Translations under genes and position numbers: made by a program
In this document: positions 1-9,843 of the stretch, piece after piece
Position numbering within the stretch: the first letter of the stretch is position 1
Layout of the letters: every line of letters begins with the position of its first letter
Source: an uncultured Thermoplasmatales archaeon
GTDB lineage: Archaea; Thermoplasmatota; E2; DHVEG-1
Assembly (NCBI GenBank): GCA_964518165.1
Contig: CAZFFN010000040.1
Coordinates: 14,329 to 78,328, forward strand
Direction: 5' to 3'
Length of the DNA: 64,000 nt
The notes under the pieces: generated by a model
Told to the model about the DNA's origin: nothing
The model's input: only the letters and a program-made list of their open reading frames with translations
Database searches by the model: none

Positions 1-1434
1 ATAGGAGGAGAAAAAGTAACTGAAGGAGACCAAATGTGGCCTGAAATATATGTCGGCGAAGACGAAATTGTTGAAGTATGCGATCATGAATTTGAATTAA
101 CTGAAGGTATGATTGTATGGGACTGGAGAAACACATTATTTGGCCTATCCGATGGTGAAAGTGTCGTAATAGAGTTTGATACAGCGGTCACAGAATATTG
201 TGATGATTGCTGCGATGCATGCCCAAGAGAATGCTGGGATGAAAATTGTGCACTAGGTGCATTATGGGGATGTATGGAATGCAGTCCTTGTGAGTGGTAC
301 ATTGGTTCAGATTGTGTTGATATCAGATGCTGTCCACCACCAACAACATTTACTAAAGAAGTATATGATGAAGGTGAATGGGAAGACTCAATAGATACAG
401 TTGTCGGAAGCTCACTTAGATTCAAACTAGAATTAGAATACTTCGGAGAAGAAAATTTAACATATGTCAATTTTGTGGATGAATTACCATGTGTTCTTCT
501 TTATGATAACAACGTAGATATTGAAGTTATTGGAGGAAACTCAGTTGGAGATATAGAACCAGAGATTTCTAATGATGGAAAAACACTTTGGTGGAATCTT
601 TCTGATGTAAACCTTACAGATGGTGGAAAAATCATAATTAAATTCGATGCATATGTTAACGGAACAACTGGTTCCAGCTGCGGCTGCGGTGAAGTAGTTG
701 AAATAGTTAACTGGGCAGAAGTCAGAGGATATCATGGATGTTTACCCATTCCTGAACTTTTAGTTTGTAACTTCCCACTAGATGATGAAGTATCAATCAC
801 AGCACATGGAAACTGTCCACCAAGTAGACCATCCATTCGCGGACCTCAGACTGGAGAAGAAGGAGAAACACTTACATACTACTTTGTTTCAAGTGATTCA
901 GATGGCGATCAGATAAGATACAATATAAAATGGGGAGATGGAACCGTTAGTCTAGGAACCACACTGTATAACTCAGGTGAAGAAATAGACTTAGATCATA
1001 CATACGATGAAGCAGGAACATATAAGATAAAAGCAGAAGCAGTAGATGAACACGGTGCAACACATGGATACACTCCAAATAGTTACGAATACACAGTAGT
1101 AATTGAAGAAAGCGGGCAAGAAGGACTAAAAATAAGCATTCCAAAAATGTTTTACATGAAAAACATTGGTGCAGTAGTTGAGAATGTCGGAGAAGACACA
1201 GTTGAAGACATTGTCTGGACTTTCAATGTAACTGGCGGACTGCTTGGTTTCGATATCGGATCAAACGGAACAATCGAAGAATTAGAAGGAGAATCCACAG
1301 AAACAGTCTTATCTGGACCAATAACATTAAAGATTGGAAAAGCAGAGATAAATGTTACAGCAAAAACCGGTGACTACGATGAAGAAATTACCAAATCAGC
1401 TTTTGTATTTGGTAGATTGATCTTTGTAATGTAG
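1..1434 (+). CDS. Cys-rich secreted/surface protein with a PKD-like domain; the reading frame is open to base 1, so it may be 5'-partial
   Basis: The ORF track starts at 34, but the frame is open back to nt 1. The protein has many Cys, acidic low-complexity stretches, and a PKD-like segment (WGDGTV...DHTYDEAGTYKIKAEAVDEHG). No N-terminal signal peptide is visible in the window. Confidence 0.5.
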   Translation: MGGEKVTEGDQMWPEIYVGEDEIVEVCDHEFELTEGMIVWDWRNTLFGLSDGESVVIEFDTAVTEYCDDCCDACPRECWDENCALGALWGCMECSPCEWYIGSDCVDIRCCPPPTTFTKEVYDEGEWEDSIDTVVGSSLRFKLELEYFGEENLTYVNFVDELPCVLLYDNNVDIEVIGGNSVGDIEPEISNDGKTLWWNLSDVNLTDGGKIIIKFDAYVNGTTGSSCGCGEVVEIVNWAEVRGYHGCLPIPELLVCNFPLDDEVSITAHGNCPPSRPSIRGPQTGEEGETLTYYFVSSDSDGDQIRYNIKWGDGTVSLGTTLYNSGEEIDLDHTYDEAGTYKIKAEAVDEHGATHGYTPNSYEYTVVIEESGQEGLKISIPKMFYMKNIGAVVENVGEDTVEDIVWTFNVTGGLLGFDIGSNGTIEELEGESTETVLSGPITLKIGKAEINVTAKTGDYDEEITKSAFVFGRLIFVM

Positions 1435-1463
1435 GAAAAAATCCTACATAAAATCTTTTTTTT
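1429..1463 (+). terminator. Perfect 8-bp hairpin (atgtagga/tcctacat) overlapping the TAG stop, followed by a T8 run
   Basis: Inverted repeat at 1429-1449 and oligo-T at 1456-1463, both read directly in the sequence. Archaeal termination at oligo-T is established. Confidence 0.4.
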
Positions 1464-1500
1464 ATATTTTTTTTAATAAGTTTTTTAGACTAATTTTTGA

Positions 1501-1734
1501 TTGTATTTTATTATGGATGAAAAAACTAGAATCAAAAAAGATATTGTAATGTTTGAAGAAAATATCAAAGAAACAGAAAAACTTAATTTAAATAATTCTC
1601 AAAAAAAAACAATTGAACTAGCTAGCCAATATTTTGAGGACAGTAAATATTATCTTGAAAAAAAAGATTTTTTCACTAGTTTCGGCTGCATAAATTATGC
1701 ACATGGATTACTTGACGCAATCATAAAATTTTAA
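1501..1734 (+). CDS. Small conserved hypothetical protein (C-terminal YAHGLLDA-type motif, resembles archaeal DUF357-like proteins)
   Basis: 77-aa ORF. The family assignment is from memory of a motif only. Confidence 0.35.
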   Translation: MYFIMDEKTRIKKDIVMFEENIKETEKLNLNNSQKKTIELASQYFEDSKYYLEKKDFFTSFGCINYAHGLLDAIIKF

Positions 1735-1782
1735 AACAACGTATACAATTCATAAATAAATTGTAGGGGAGAAAAAATATTT

Positions 1783-2328
1783 ATGAAAAAAACAGGCGAC
1801 TTAAGAAAATTTTATTATTATTCTTTTCCAACAAACGCAGCTCTTGTAACAGTTAAAGACAGTAAAAAAACTAATATTATTACTATAGCATGGCACTGCA
1901 CAATTTCAAAAAATCCTCCTTTATATGGTATATCTGTAGCACCTTCAAGACACTCTCATAGTTTATTAGAAGAATCAAAGGAATTTGTAGTAAACTTTAT
2001 GCCGTATAGTCTAGTTGAAAAAGTTCAGTTTTGCGGAACACATTCAGGGAAAAACACAGATAAGGCAGATAAAACAGATCTTAGTTTAATTATTTCAGAA
2101 AAGATTTCTACAAGTTCAATTAAAGAAAGCTATGCATGTCTTGAGTGTAAGCTTTTTGATAAGTTAAAACTAGGCGATCACAGTTTTTTTGTAGGAGAAG
2201 TAGTAAACACAACAGTAGAAGAGGAATATTTCAAAGGAAAAATTTTAGATATAGATAAAATAAAACCTTGTTATTACCTTGGTGATAAGGTTTACACAAA
2301 TTTTAATTTAGAAAAAAAGAAATTTTAA
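1783..2328 (+). CDS. Flavin reductase-like domain protein
   Basis: The VNFMP...GTHSG...LGDHSFFVGEVV pattern is typical of the flavin reductase-like (NADH:flavin oxidoreductase small) fold. Confidence 0.55.
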   Translation: MKKTGDLRKFYYYSFPTNAALVTVKDSKKTNIITIAWHCTISKNPPLYGISVAPSRHSHSLLEESKEFVVNFMPYSLVEKVQFCGTHSGKNTDKADKTDLSLIISEKISTSSIKESYACLECKLFDKLKLGDHSFFVGEVVNTTVEEEYFKGKILDIDKIKPCYYLGDKVYTNFNLEKKKF

Positions 2329-3125
2329 CTGAAGAGGATCTTTATTGATTCTCCAGTTTTTATTTTATATTTTTCAGAGGCATTTTCCTGGTTTATTGAT
2401 ATTTCAAGTAGATTGCTGCTACCAATTGTAGCTAGAGTTTCTCCTTTTTTTCCTTCACCATATGTTTTTACAAAAGGAATCTCAATTCTTTTTTTACCAA
2501 TAAAAACCATGATTTTTTTCCCAAAATCAAAATAATTTCTTATTTTCAACCCATTTATATTTGTAATTATGTTTCCAAATCCATCAATAAACAGTACTTT
2601 TCCTTCTACAGTTTTTTCCTTTATTGTAAATGAGCCTAAATCTAGTGTTTTATAATCATCTATTTTTGGACCTATTTCATTGAAGTATTTTCCATTAAGA
2701 ATATGAGCTGCAACCGGTGTAAATATATCCCGCCCATGAAAAGTATTTGAAATATTATTCATCATTAGATTTTTGTTTTTTATTTCATAAACTTGAAAAT
2801 TCCCTAATCTTTTTGCCGCAGGGATTAATAACCCGTTATCTGGACCTATTAATATTTGAGAAGGTGTTGCAATAACTATTCCTCTTCTTTTTGTTCCAAC
2901 ACCCGGGTCAACTACTCCAACATGGACTGTTCCTCTTGGAAAATATGGAACAGTTGTCTTTAAAAGAAATGCTCCTTCTAGTATATTTTGAGGTGTTACT
3001 TCATGGGTGATATCAACTAGTCGTGCATCTGTTAGGTTTAATGCTACCGCTTTCATTTGTGCTACATAGCTACTTTTTGAGCCAAAATCTGTAAGAAAGG
3101 TCATTGTTTTCATACTAAATTCCAC
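2325..3125 (-). CDS. SAM hydroxide adenosyltransferase family protein (DUF62, fluorinase/chlorinase-like)
   Basis: MTFLTDFG N-terminus plus the conserved VVDPGVGT and GPDNGLL motifs. Confidence 0.75.
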   Translation of the reverse strand: MEFSMKTMTFLTDFGSKSSYVAQMKAVALNLTDARLVDITHEVTPQNILEGAFLLKTTVPYFPRGTVHVGVVDPGVGTKRRGIVIATPSQILIGPDNGLLIPAAKRLGNFQVYEIKNKNLMMNNISNTFHGRDIFTPVAAHILNGKYFNEIGPKIDDYKTLDLGSFTIKEKTVEGKVLFIDGFGNIITNINGLKIRNYFDFGKKIMVFIGKKRIEIPFVKTYGEGKKGETLATIGSSNLLEISINQENASEKYKIKTGESIKILFS

Positions 3126-3235
3126 TTGAAAATTAATATAAAATTGATATATAAGCTTTTAATAGGTCAAATAAACCCTATTTATAGGAAAAATATTTAT
3201 GCTATGAGTTTACATATATAATAGGTTGGATCTTT

Positions 3236-3634
3236 GTGAAAAAGGATTATAATAAAAAAAATGTGGAGATAGTCTCAAAAATTTGGGATAAAAAAAACAA
3301 CTCCATGATTTGTCCTAAGTGTGGGGGAAACATGATTATGGTTCAAGTTGAACCTATTCACGAAGCAGAAAATGCATATATTCCTTATGATACTATTATC
3401 GAATGCAATAAGTGTGACTATAATATTAGGACCGAATCATTTACCATTCTTGGTAGTGTCAAAAACTTTGATTTGAAAAATATTGAAATAGCTAGTTGGG
3501 GGCCTAGCGGGTCAAGGGTTATATCAAATTATGAGCATCTACTTGATTATGAATTATTAAAAAACTTTAAAAAATCAGGTGAACTTACTGAGTTTTTAGT
3601 TGTAAACAACCAGGTTGTTCAGATAATTGGATAA
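3236..3634 (+). CDS. Hypothetical zinc-ribbon protein
   Basis: Paired CPKCGG ... CNKCDY motifs. Confidence 0.35.
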   Translation: MKKDYNKKNVEIVSKIWDKKNNSMICPKCGGNMIMVQVEPIHEAENAYIPYDTIIECNKCDYNIRTESFTILGSVKNFDLKNIEIASWGPSGSRVISNYEHLLDYELLKNFKKSGELTEFLVVNNQVVQIIG

Positions 3635-3833
3635 AATATTATAATTTTCATTTTGATAATTTTAATTATATGTAAATAACATAAATTGTTAATTTTTCCA
3701 GTTATATTTATATACTAGAAAAAAGAAATCTATAACTAGGGATGTATATGTTGAAAAAAACTAAGAAAAAAGCAAAAAAAACCGCTCCTAAAGACATACC
3801 AATCATATGGGTTAATGTCGTTGAACCTTATTA

Positions 3834-4139
3834 TTAGGAATACATTATTCCATCGTATTCGTCTGGTTCTTTTCTCTTGTTTCTTGAATGTTTAATGAAT
3901 TTACGTTGACGTTTTTTTGCAACAAAGCCAATATCTCTTCTTAAAAGACGTACATAGGTTTTATTTGGAAGTGGTTCTAGTTTTACTATTCCTTTTACTT
4001 GAAATTTTTGTAAAACTCTTTTAATAATTTTTTTAGAAAGTTTAAGTTTTATTGAAATTTGTTCTATTGTAATAGGATAAATATTTTGTAAAAGTTTTAT
4101 AATTCTTTCCTCATGTGTACCTGAAGTAATTTCTATCAT
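3834..4139 (-). CDS. Small winged-helix DNA-binding protein with a basic C-terminal tail
   Basis: wHTH-like pattern with a Lys/Arg-rich tail; 101 aa. Confidence 0.4.
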   Translation of the reverse strand: MIEITSGTHEERIIKLLQNIYPITIEQISIKLKLSKKIIKRVLQKFQVKGIVKLEPLPNKTYVRLLRRDIGFVAKKRQRKFIKHSRNKRKEPDEYDGIMYS

Positions 4140-4179
4140 TATACCAATATAAAAAGAAACAATTGTTATATAATCTTTT

Positions 4180-5616
4180 TTATCCCATCACTGAATAAGC
4201 TCTTTTACCTTGTTTGTCCTGTCTGAAAAGTTTTTTTACATCTTTTATCATATCTTTAGGGTACCCATTTGGAAAATCAATGCATCCTCTACAGGTTTCA
4301 AATCCTATTGCTTTTTTAAGACTTTCTATACTAGTATAAGCAAGACTATCTGCTCCTATATCTTTGTTTATTTCATCAACTGTTCTTATTTCGCCATTCT
4401 TTTTTCTAGCGATAAACTCTTTTTTACTTCTCATATCGATTCCTAGATAACATGGTGCAACTAGTGGCGGACAGCCAATTCTTACATGGACTTCTTTAGC
4501 CCCTGCATCTCTGATGCCATTTACTAATTTTCTCATATTTGTACCGCGAACTATGGAATCATCGATTATTACTACTCTTTTTCCTCTGAGAACCGATCTA
4601 AGATAGGAAAGACCTTCTTCTACTACTTTGTCTCTACTTTCCTGAGTTTGCTGAATAAAGCTTCTTTCGTCTTTATCCTTCATTATTCCTTCATCAAGAG
4701 GAATTTTCGATTCAGAGGCATAACCTGTTGCATAGTGTCTTCCCGACTCGGGCACTGGTACTACTAAATCTGCATCAACTGGATATTCTTTGGCTAGAAG
4801 CCTACCTAATTCTGCTCTGACATTATGTACTGATCTACCATTGATTCTTGAATCTGGCTTTGCAAAATAAACATATTCAAACATACATGGTCTTTCTTCT
4901 TTTTTTACGAACTGTTTTTCAAAAATCTCTCCGTTTTTGTTAATAATTATTATTGATCCACCTGGTATATCTTTAATATATTCAAAATTGACTTTCTTGA
5001 AAACACGGGTTTCACTAGTCAGACAATACGTTCCATTTTGTTTTCCTAAGACTAATGGTCTTACCTTATATGGGTCGGTCATTGCAAATAGATATGGATC
5101 ATTTCCAGAGTCAGCTAAAAAAAGAGCTGAGTAACTCCCTTTTACTACCTGCATTATTTCTTCACATGCTTTGGAAATTGTTTCAACATTTAGTTCCTTT
5201 TTGTAAAGTTTATCGGCCATAGGTAGAAGTAGACATTGTATATCACATTCGGTTCTTGGTTTTCTATCTGTTTTTTTTGAAAGTTCAGTGCAGTTAAAAA
5301 TATTTCCATTATGAACAGATGCAAGAAATGGATTAACTAGATATTCAGGTTGAGCATTTCTTTTTAATGATTCTAAATCATCCATACCTGCTGTCGAATA
5401 TCTTGTATGACCTATTCCAATTTTACCTGGAACATTTATCTTTTTTTCTTCATCAAATATCTCTCTAACTAGACCTGCATCTTTTGTTACATTTATATTT
5501 CCATCATATATGAGCATACCAGCAGATGATTGCCCACGATGTTGAATAGAGAAAAGACTGTGATATATTAGTCGTGATACCGGCTTATTTCCAATAATTC
5601 CAACAATACCGCACAT
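4180..5616 (-). CDS. purF: Amidophosphoribosyltransferase
   Basis: MCGIVGI N-terminal nucleophile (glutamine amidotransferase class II) plus a PRTase domain. Confidence 0.9.
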   Translation of the reverse strand: MCGIVGIIGNKPVSRLIYHSLFSIQHRGQSSAGMLIYDGNINVTKDAGLVREIFDEEKKINVPGKIGIGHTRYSTAGMDDLESLKRNAQPEYLVNPFLASVHNGNIFNCTELSKKTDRKPRTECDIQCLLLPMADKLYKKELNVETISKACEEIMQVVKGSYSALFLADSGNDPYLFAMTDPYKVRPLVLGKQNGTYCLTSETRVFKKVNFEYIKDIPGGSIIIINKNGEIFEKQFVKKEERPCMFEYVYFAKPDSRINGRSVHNVRAELGRLLAKEYPVDADLVVPVPESGRHYATGYASESKIPLDEGIMKDKDERSFIQQTQESRDKVVEEGLSYLRSVLRGKRVVIIDDSIVRGTNMRKLVNGIRDAGAKEVHVRIGCPPLVAPCYLGIDMRSKKEFIARKKNGEIRTVDEINKDIGADSLAYTSIESLKKAIGFETCRGCIDFPNGYPKDMIKDVKKLFRQDKQGKRAYSVMG

Positions 5617-5679
5617 AGTAGTATTTTAGGGAATAAAAAACAGTTATTTAATGCTTTTTTATTAATTAAATTATATAGA

Positions 5680-6927
5680 TTAAATATCTTCCCATTCTTT
5701 TAATACTGATTCCCAATTGTAACTATCAACTGCGTCTATTTCGCCAAGTTTTCTAATAATTTTTTCATAGCCTTTCACTAGAGTCCTTGTTCTTATTTTA
5801 AGTACCACATCATACTTTCCAGCTACAACACAAACTCTTGATACGCCACGTATCTTCCACATTTTCTGCATTGTTTCAGGGATATCATACCCTGGCTTGA
5901 GTTTTACAAATATATATGCTTTTACTAATGTTAATGCAAATGATGCAATACCTAGAACCATTATCACTATACCAATAATTTTTATTATTAGCAAAGTAGG
6001 ATCTAGTGGGAATTGTTCTATAACACCTAAATGTGCTATAAGTAGTGAAACAGGTATTGCAAAAATTATTGTTGTTGAGCGGACAGCCTGAGCAATACTT
6101 GCTTTTCCAATACCTAGAGCTCGTATGTAGAATATAAATGCAAAAAATGCACCTATCGCTATTAATGTAACCCACCCTATGTTACTAAAGGTTGCAATTA
6201 TTCCTTCTGTTAAATGATTTGAACCAGTAAATAGATCATAAAATAGGATAATTATTGAAGTAAGAATTGTAGCCATCACTACATTCCAGAAACGTATGTT
6301 TATAGAGTCATTATGTTGTCCATCAATTCTAAGCCATTTGAGTTTACGTTGATAGACTGTTAAAAGTACCCAACTGGGGTTTATAACTAAAAATACTATT
6401 AAGATAGATTCAAGATTTAAATTACCTGTTAAACTAAGTGAGCCAAGTATTGCACCAAAAGTAACAATCATTACTGATTGTAATTCTGTTAAAGTAGGCA
6501 TATCTTTTTCATTAACTGATTCAATTAAAACAAGATACAATATTACTACTTGTGCAAAAGGTAATACTACGCTTGGATCCTCAATTATTGTAAACAAGGC
6601 AAAATATCCAACTGTGTAAAGAGCGTTACCAAGACCTGCTAAAAATTGATATTTGACTTCTTCTTTTCTAATAAGCCTAAATTTTCTAAAAGAAGGATCA
6701 ACATATTTTTGGCCAACTGTTTTTTTTCCAATTTTAATAGAAAAAATTGACGCAAAAATTAAAGTTACGGGAATTCCCATTAAAAAAATCGCAAGGCCCA
6801 AAGACCAAGGATCAGTTACAAAGAACTTACTTACAGTTGCATCTACACCAGAATTAATTGCTGCAATGATTGCAGATGCAAAAGCAAGTGCATAAAATAG
6901 ATATTTCTTACGTATTTTTATTCTCAT
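5680..6927 (-). CDS. Polytopic membrane protein (~10 TM) with a C-terminal Lrp/AsnC-type RAM (ligand-binding) domain
   Basis: Hydrophobic core followed by a C-terminal ...VCVVAGKYDVVLKIRTRTL...IDAVDSY RAM-like fold. This is a 4-nt overlap operon with the upstream RAM gene. Confidence 0.5.
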   Translation of the reverse strand: MRIKIRKKYLFYALAFASAIIAAINSGVDATVSKFFVTDPWSLGLAIFLMGIPVTLIFASIFSIKIGKKTVGQKYVDPSFRKFRLIRKEEVKYQFLAGLGNALYTVGYFALFTIIEDPSVVLPFAQVVILYLVLIESVNEKDMPTLTELQSVMIVTFGAILGSLSLTGNLNLESILIVFLVINPSWVLLTVYQRKLKWLRIDGQHNDSINIRFWNVVMATILTSIIILFYDLFTGSNHLTEGIIATFSNIGWVTLIAIGAFFAFIFYIRALGIGKASIAQAVRSTTIIFAIPVSLLIAHLGVIEQFPLDPTLLIIKIIGIVIMVLGIASFALTLVKAYIFVKLKPGYDIPETMQKMWKIRGVSRVCVVAGKYDVVLKIRTRTLVKGYEKIIRKLGEIDAVDSYNWESVLKEWEDI

Positions 6928-7163
6928 AATGCTATTTCTTTCTCAATTACTTGAGTGGTTGTTTTTTTGACACCAGATATCATTTGGATTTTGTTTGTAA
7001 CTTTTAAAAGGGTATCAAGAGTTTTAACTTGAGCACGTACAACTATATCATACTCTCCTGCAACAACTGATATTTTTGCAACATTTTTTACTTTCCTCAT
7101 CTCAGCTATTGCTTTTGCTGAATCGCCTGGTTCCATGTGAATTAATATGTATGCGCTTATCAT
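6924..7163 (-). CDS. Stand-alone RAM (Lrp/AsnC C-terminal ligand-binding) domain protein
   Basis: 79 aa with ISVVAGEYDIVVRAQVKTLDTL, typical of AsnC_trans_reg; no HTH. Confidence 0.55.
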   Translation of the reverse strand: MISAYILIHMEPGDSAKAIAEMRKVKNVAKISVVAGEYDIVVRAQVKTLDTLLKVTNKIQMISGVKKTTTQVIEKEIAL

Positions 7164-7335
7164 GGCTTTTATTTCACCTTATTTTGCACCCGGAACATAG
7201 GGCACTATATAAATATTATGTTCGATAGATCATATAGGATATTATTTTTACTTATAAAAAACCTATTTTTATAGGAGAGAATAAGGAAAGATTTAAATCA
7301 TAAGATATGTATTCCTGTTGTGGAGGTAAAAAATT

Positions 7336-7521
7336 ATGGCCTATGAACATGAAGGATGGACATTATATTGTAGAGATGTAAAGCTTAAAGGCGGAAAAAA
7401 CCAAAGAATATTTTTCTTTAGTAAAAGATCACCAAAAAGTGGAACACCATGCGACAAGCCTGATAACTACACTGTTGGTGTCAACAAAAGAACTGGTCTT
7501 CCATACTTAAAAAAGAAGTAA
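7336..7521 (+). CDS. Small hypothetical protein
   Basis: 61-aa ORF in an otherwise gene-free gap; no recognisable motif. Confidence 0.25.
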   Translation: MAYEHEGWTLYCRDVKLKGGKNQRIFFFSKRSPKSGTPCDKPDNYTVGVNKRTGLPYLKKK

Positions 7522-7583
7522 GATTTTAAAAAATTGATTTTTAATAGTTCTTTACTTCTTTTATTTTTTTTATATTTTTTGTT

Positions 7584-9548
7584 TTAGCTGTATCCACCGA
7601 TTTTTAGGCTTGGATCGCCAAATAGTTCCCACTGCTGTACCATTTTTACGTCCATTTTTGCATCATCACCAAGGAATTTATGTAAGTATTCTGCCATAGT
7701 TTGGCCGTGGTTTAAACCTAGATTATCCTCATTTTCCATACCATATAGTTCTAAGAATCTTAATTCAAGCCAACCATCTAGTATTTCAAGATAGTCTATC
7801 ACACCATTTAGATCTTGATCTCCATCACCGTGTGTACCTAGACCGGTGTTTGCAATGGTTGCAATTGCACCACCATTTGGTTTACTTGTAAGCCACCATG
7901 CCCAACAGTTTGGAGTCCAACCATCAAAGAAAAACCTGAAGAAAAAGTATTTTAGACCATTGTTTTTAATTCCCTCTCTTATTATATTTGGAACTGTTTT
8001 ATCAAATTCTCCGTTATGACAGCCTCCTACAACTGTGACAGGCAGTCTATCTCTATTTCTAAGAGGAATCATATCTTTAACATGATAACCAGTGGTCCAG
8101 TTACTTGATTCATTTACTGGATCTGGAAAATGTGTGCTCCATGATACCCTACTACCATGTCCACATATATATGCAAAACCTGAACCTTTGTTGAATTCTT
8201 CATTTACCGTTTTTCTATTTATATCTTCATTTGAGGCATATACCTTTAATGGATTAAAACCAGGTAATATTTCAAGAGCTTTATCACAAGCAATTTCACC
8301 TTCTTTTACAATTTCACCTTCTGGCCATTGACCATGGTTTACATAAGAATCTCCACCTACTAAAAGCAGATTATTAAACCAATCTTCTTCTTTAACATTT
8401 GATCTTTCATATCTTAGGATTTTTCTAACCATTGTCCTTACTTCATGTTTATTTCTACAGGCAAGTCTTCCTAGATATACATCAGGGTACAGATCCATTT
8501 CATCTTTGAAAGTTGCATTCCAAACAGAGAATTTGTCGTCATTATTTGAGTCCCAGCTTGAAAATCTTCCTTCTGAATCATATATATCTGCAAAATATAG
8601 ATCGCTTACAAAACGCTTTTCCGGATATTCTTGTTCTTCTGTTGGAACTACATAGCTGTATCTAATTGGTACGGTCCAGCTATCTCTCTGTCCGTCTCTT
8701 CCTCCAACAAGTAAAACATGAGTAATATCCCATCTTTCGATTGCTCCTTTAATAAAATATTTTATTTTTTCAGAATCATCTCTTCCTCTTAGTAGATTTT
8801 CATTATATATTTCTTCAGTGGAAAACATCTTTGTTTTAACATCTTGATTGTTTTTAAAAGAAACCAAAGGCTTTAGAATATCAGTGAACTTGTTTGGTGC
8901 AATTATCAGTAGATCTGTTTTACTCTCTTCATCGATTATTGGTTCTTGGGGTTCTGAATAAGTAATATTAACTATTATATCTGAGATATATGATATTTCG
9001 TTATCATCTGGATGGTATTTTACAGGATAAACACGTAAAACAAGATAGCTAACTCGATTATTATAATCAAGCCCTCCACCTGTATGATACTCAACCCAAT
9101 CATTTGGATAGACCCCAAGATTTTTGTATAATTCATCATATTTTACTTCATCCAATTTAATACTATTTATACTGTCAAATTGTGCTTTTCCAAACGATAG
9201 TTTACTACCAAGTTCAATTATTTCAGAAGAAGAATTTTCGTAGGAGATGTCTGATATTTTTGTTCCAAATGGTAGTTTGAATACTGATATATTTACTGGC
9301 AAGACCGGATAACTTGTTTCATAATCAAACATTTTTATTCTATTATGATTCGTTTCCTCAACTTTTACAACTGAGTAATTATATTGTTCTTTCACTGTTG
9401 GATATGAAAAAGAAAAATCTATCTCAAATGATTTTTCATTGAAAGATATCATTTCTTTAGATTTATCCGTCAAATTTTGCCCAAAAACAGATATACTTGA
9501 AAAAACAAATATTAATACAGCTATTATACTAACTAGTTTTTTATTCAT
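7584..9548 (-). CDS. Secreted caspase-fold cysteine peptidase (gingipain/C25-like)
   Basis: N-terminal signal peptide. His then Cys order (ICGHGSRV ... VVGGCHNGEFD) matches clan CD peptidases. Confidence 0.5.
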   Translation of the reverse strand: MNKKLVSIIAVLIFVFSSISVFGQNLTDKSKEMISFNEKSFEIDFSFSYPTVKEQYNYSVVKVEETNHNRIKMFDYETSYPVLPVNISVFKLPFGTKISDISYENSSSEIIELGSKLSFGKAQFDSINSIKLDEVKYDELYKNLGVYPNDWVEYHTGGGLDYNNRVSYLVLRVYPVKYHPDDNEISYISDIIVNITYSEPQEPIIDEESKTDLLIIAPNKFTDILKPLVSFKNNQDVKTKMFSTEEIYNENLLRGRDDSEKIKYFIKGAIERWDITHVLLVGGRDGQRDSWTVPIRYSYVVPTEEQEYPEKRFVSDLYFADIYDSEGRFSSWDSNNDDKFSVWNATFKDEMDLYPDVYLGRLACRNKHEVRTMVRKILRYERSNVKEEDWFNNLLLVGGDSYVNHGQWPEGEIVKEGEIACDKALEILPGFNPLKVYASNEDINRKTVNEEFNKGSGFAYICGHGSRVSWSTHFPDPVNESSNWTTGYHVKDMIPLRNRDRLPVTVVGGCHNGEFDKTVPNIIREGIKNNGLKYFFFRFFFDGWTPNCWAWWLTSKPNGGAIATIANTGLGTHGDGDQDLNGVIDYLEILDGWLELRFLELYGMENEDNLGLNHGQTMAEYLHKFLGDDAKMDVKMVQQWELFGDPSLKIGGYS

Positions 9549-9625
9549 TTTTTACCCCCTAAAATATTAGATATATCTTTTTTAATAACAGCTATATATA
9601 AAAAACTTTCCAAGAGACAAATATA

Positions 9626-9727
9626 AAAGATGCAATCGGCGACTCACAAGATGGAGATACTATTTTTATTTATAACGGAACCTGTTATGAAAATTTAGTC
9701 ATAATAAAAAAAATAACATTTTTTTGA
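9626..9727 (+). pseudogene. Remnant of a right-handed beta-helix (NosD-like) gene N-terminus
   Basis: The 33-codon frame KDAIGDSQDGDTIFIYNGTCYENLVIIKKITFF* parallels the N-terminus (IQDAINSTENGDKIIVRAGTYYENIFINKKIEL) of the beta-helix protein at 13895-15296. It has no start and ends in TGA. Confidence 0.4.
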
Positions 9728-9820
9728 AAAAATAGTATCTATTACAACATAAGCATTTTATGCTAAAAAACTAGTAAAAACATTTTATGACTAATAATAG
9801 TAACCTTGAAAAACCATTAC

Positions 9821-9829
9821 TTTATACTA
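9821..9829 (+). promoter_or_regulatory. TATA-box-like element upstream of tRNA-Cys
   Basis: tttatacta lies ~15-23 nt upstream of the mature tRNA 5' end. Confidence 0.3.
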
Positions 9830-9843
9830 AGTCTTCCCAACAT

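Noticed and set aside
84-1144. Minus-strand ORFs 84..470, 541..735 and 947..1144 inside the PKD-domain gene
   Set aside because: Antisense shadow ORFs of low complexity.
3749-3838. 30-codon Lys-rich ORF (MLKKTKKKAKKTAPKDIPIIWVNVVEPYY) in the 200-nt gap upstream of the wHTH gene
   Set aside because: Too short, and its composition is expected from A-rich intergenic DNA; no RBS or conservation evidence.
8092-8331. Assorted 60-130 aa ORFs antisense to the peptidase, purF, MCM, CaCA antiporter, EF-2, TrkH and TyrRS genes (this is one example)
   Set aside because: All lie fully within and opposite to strongly supported genes.
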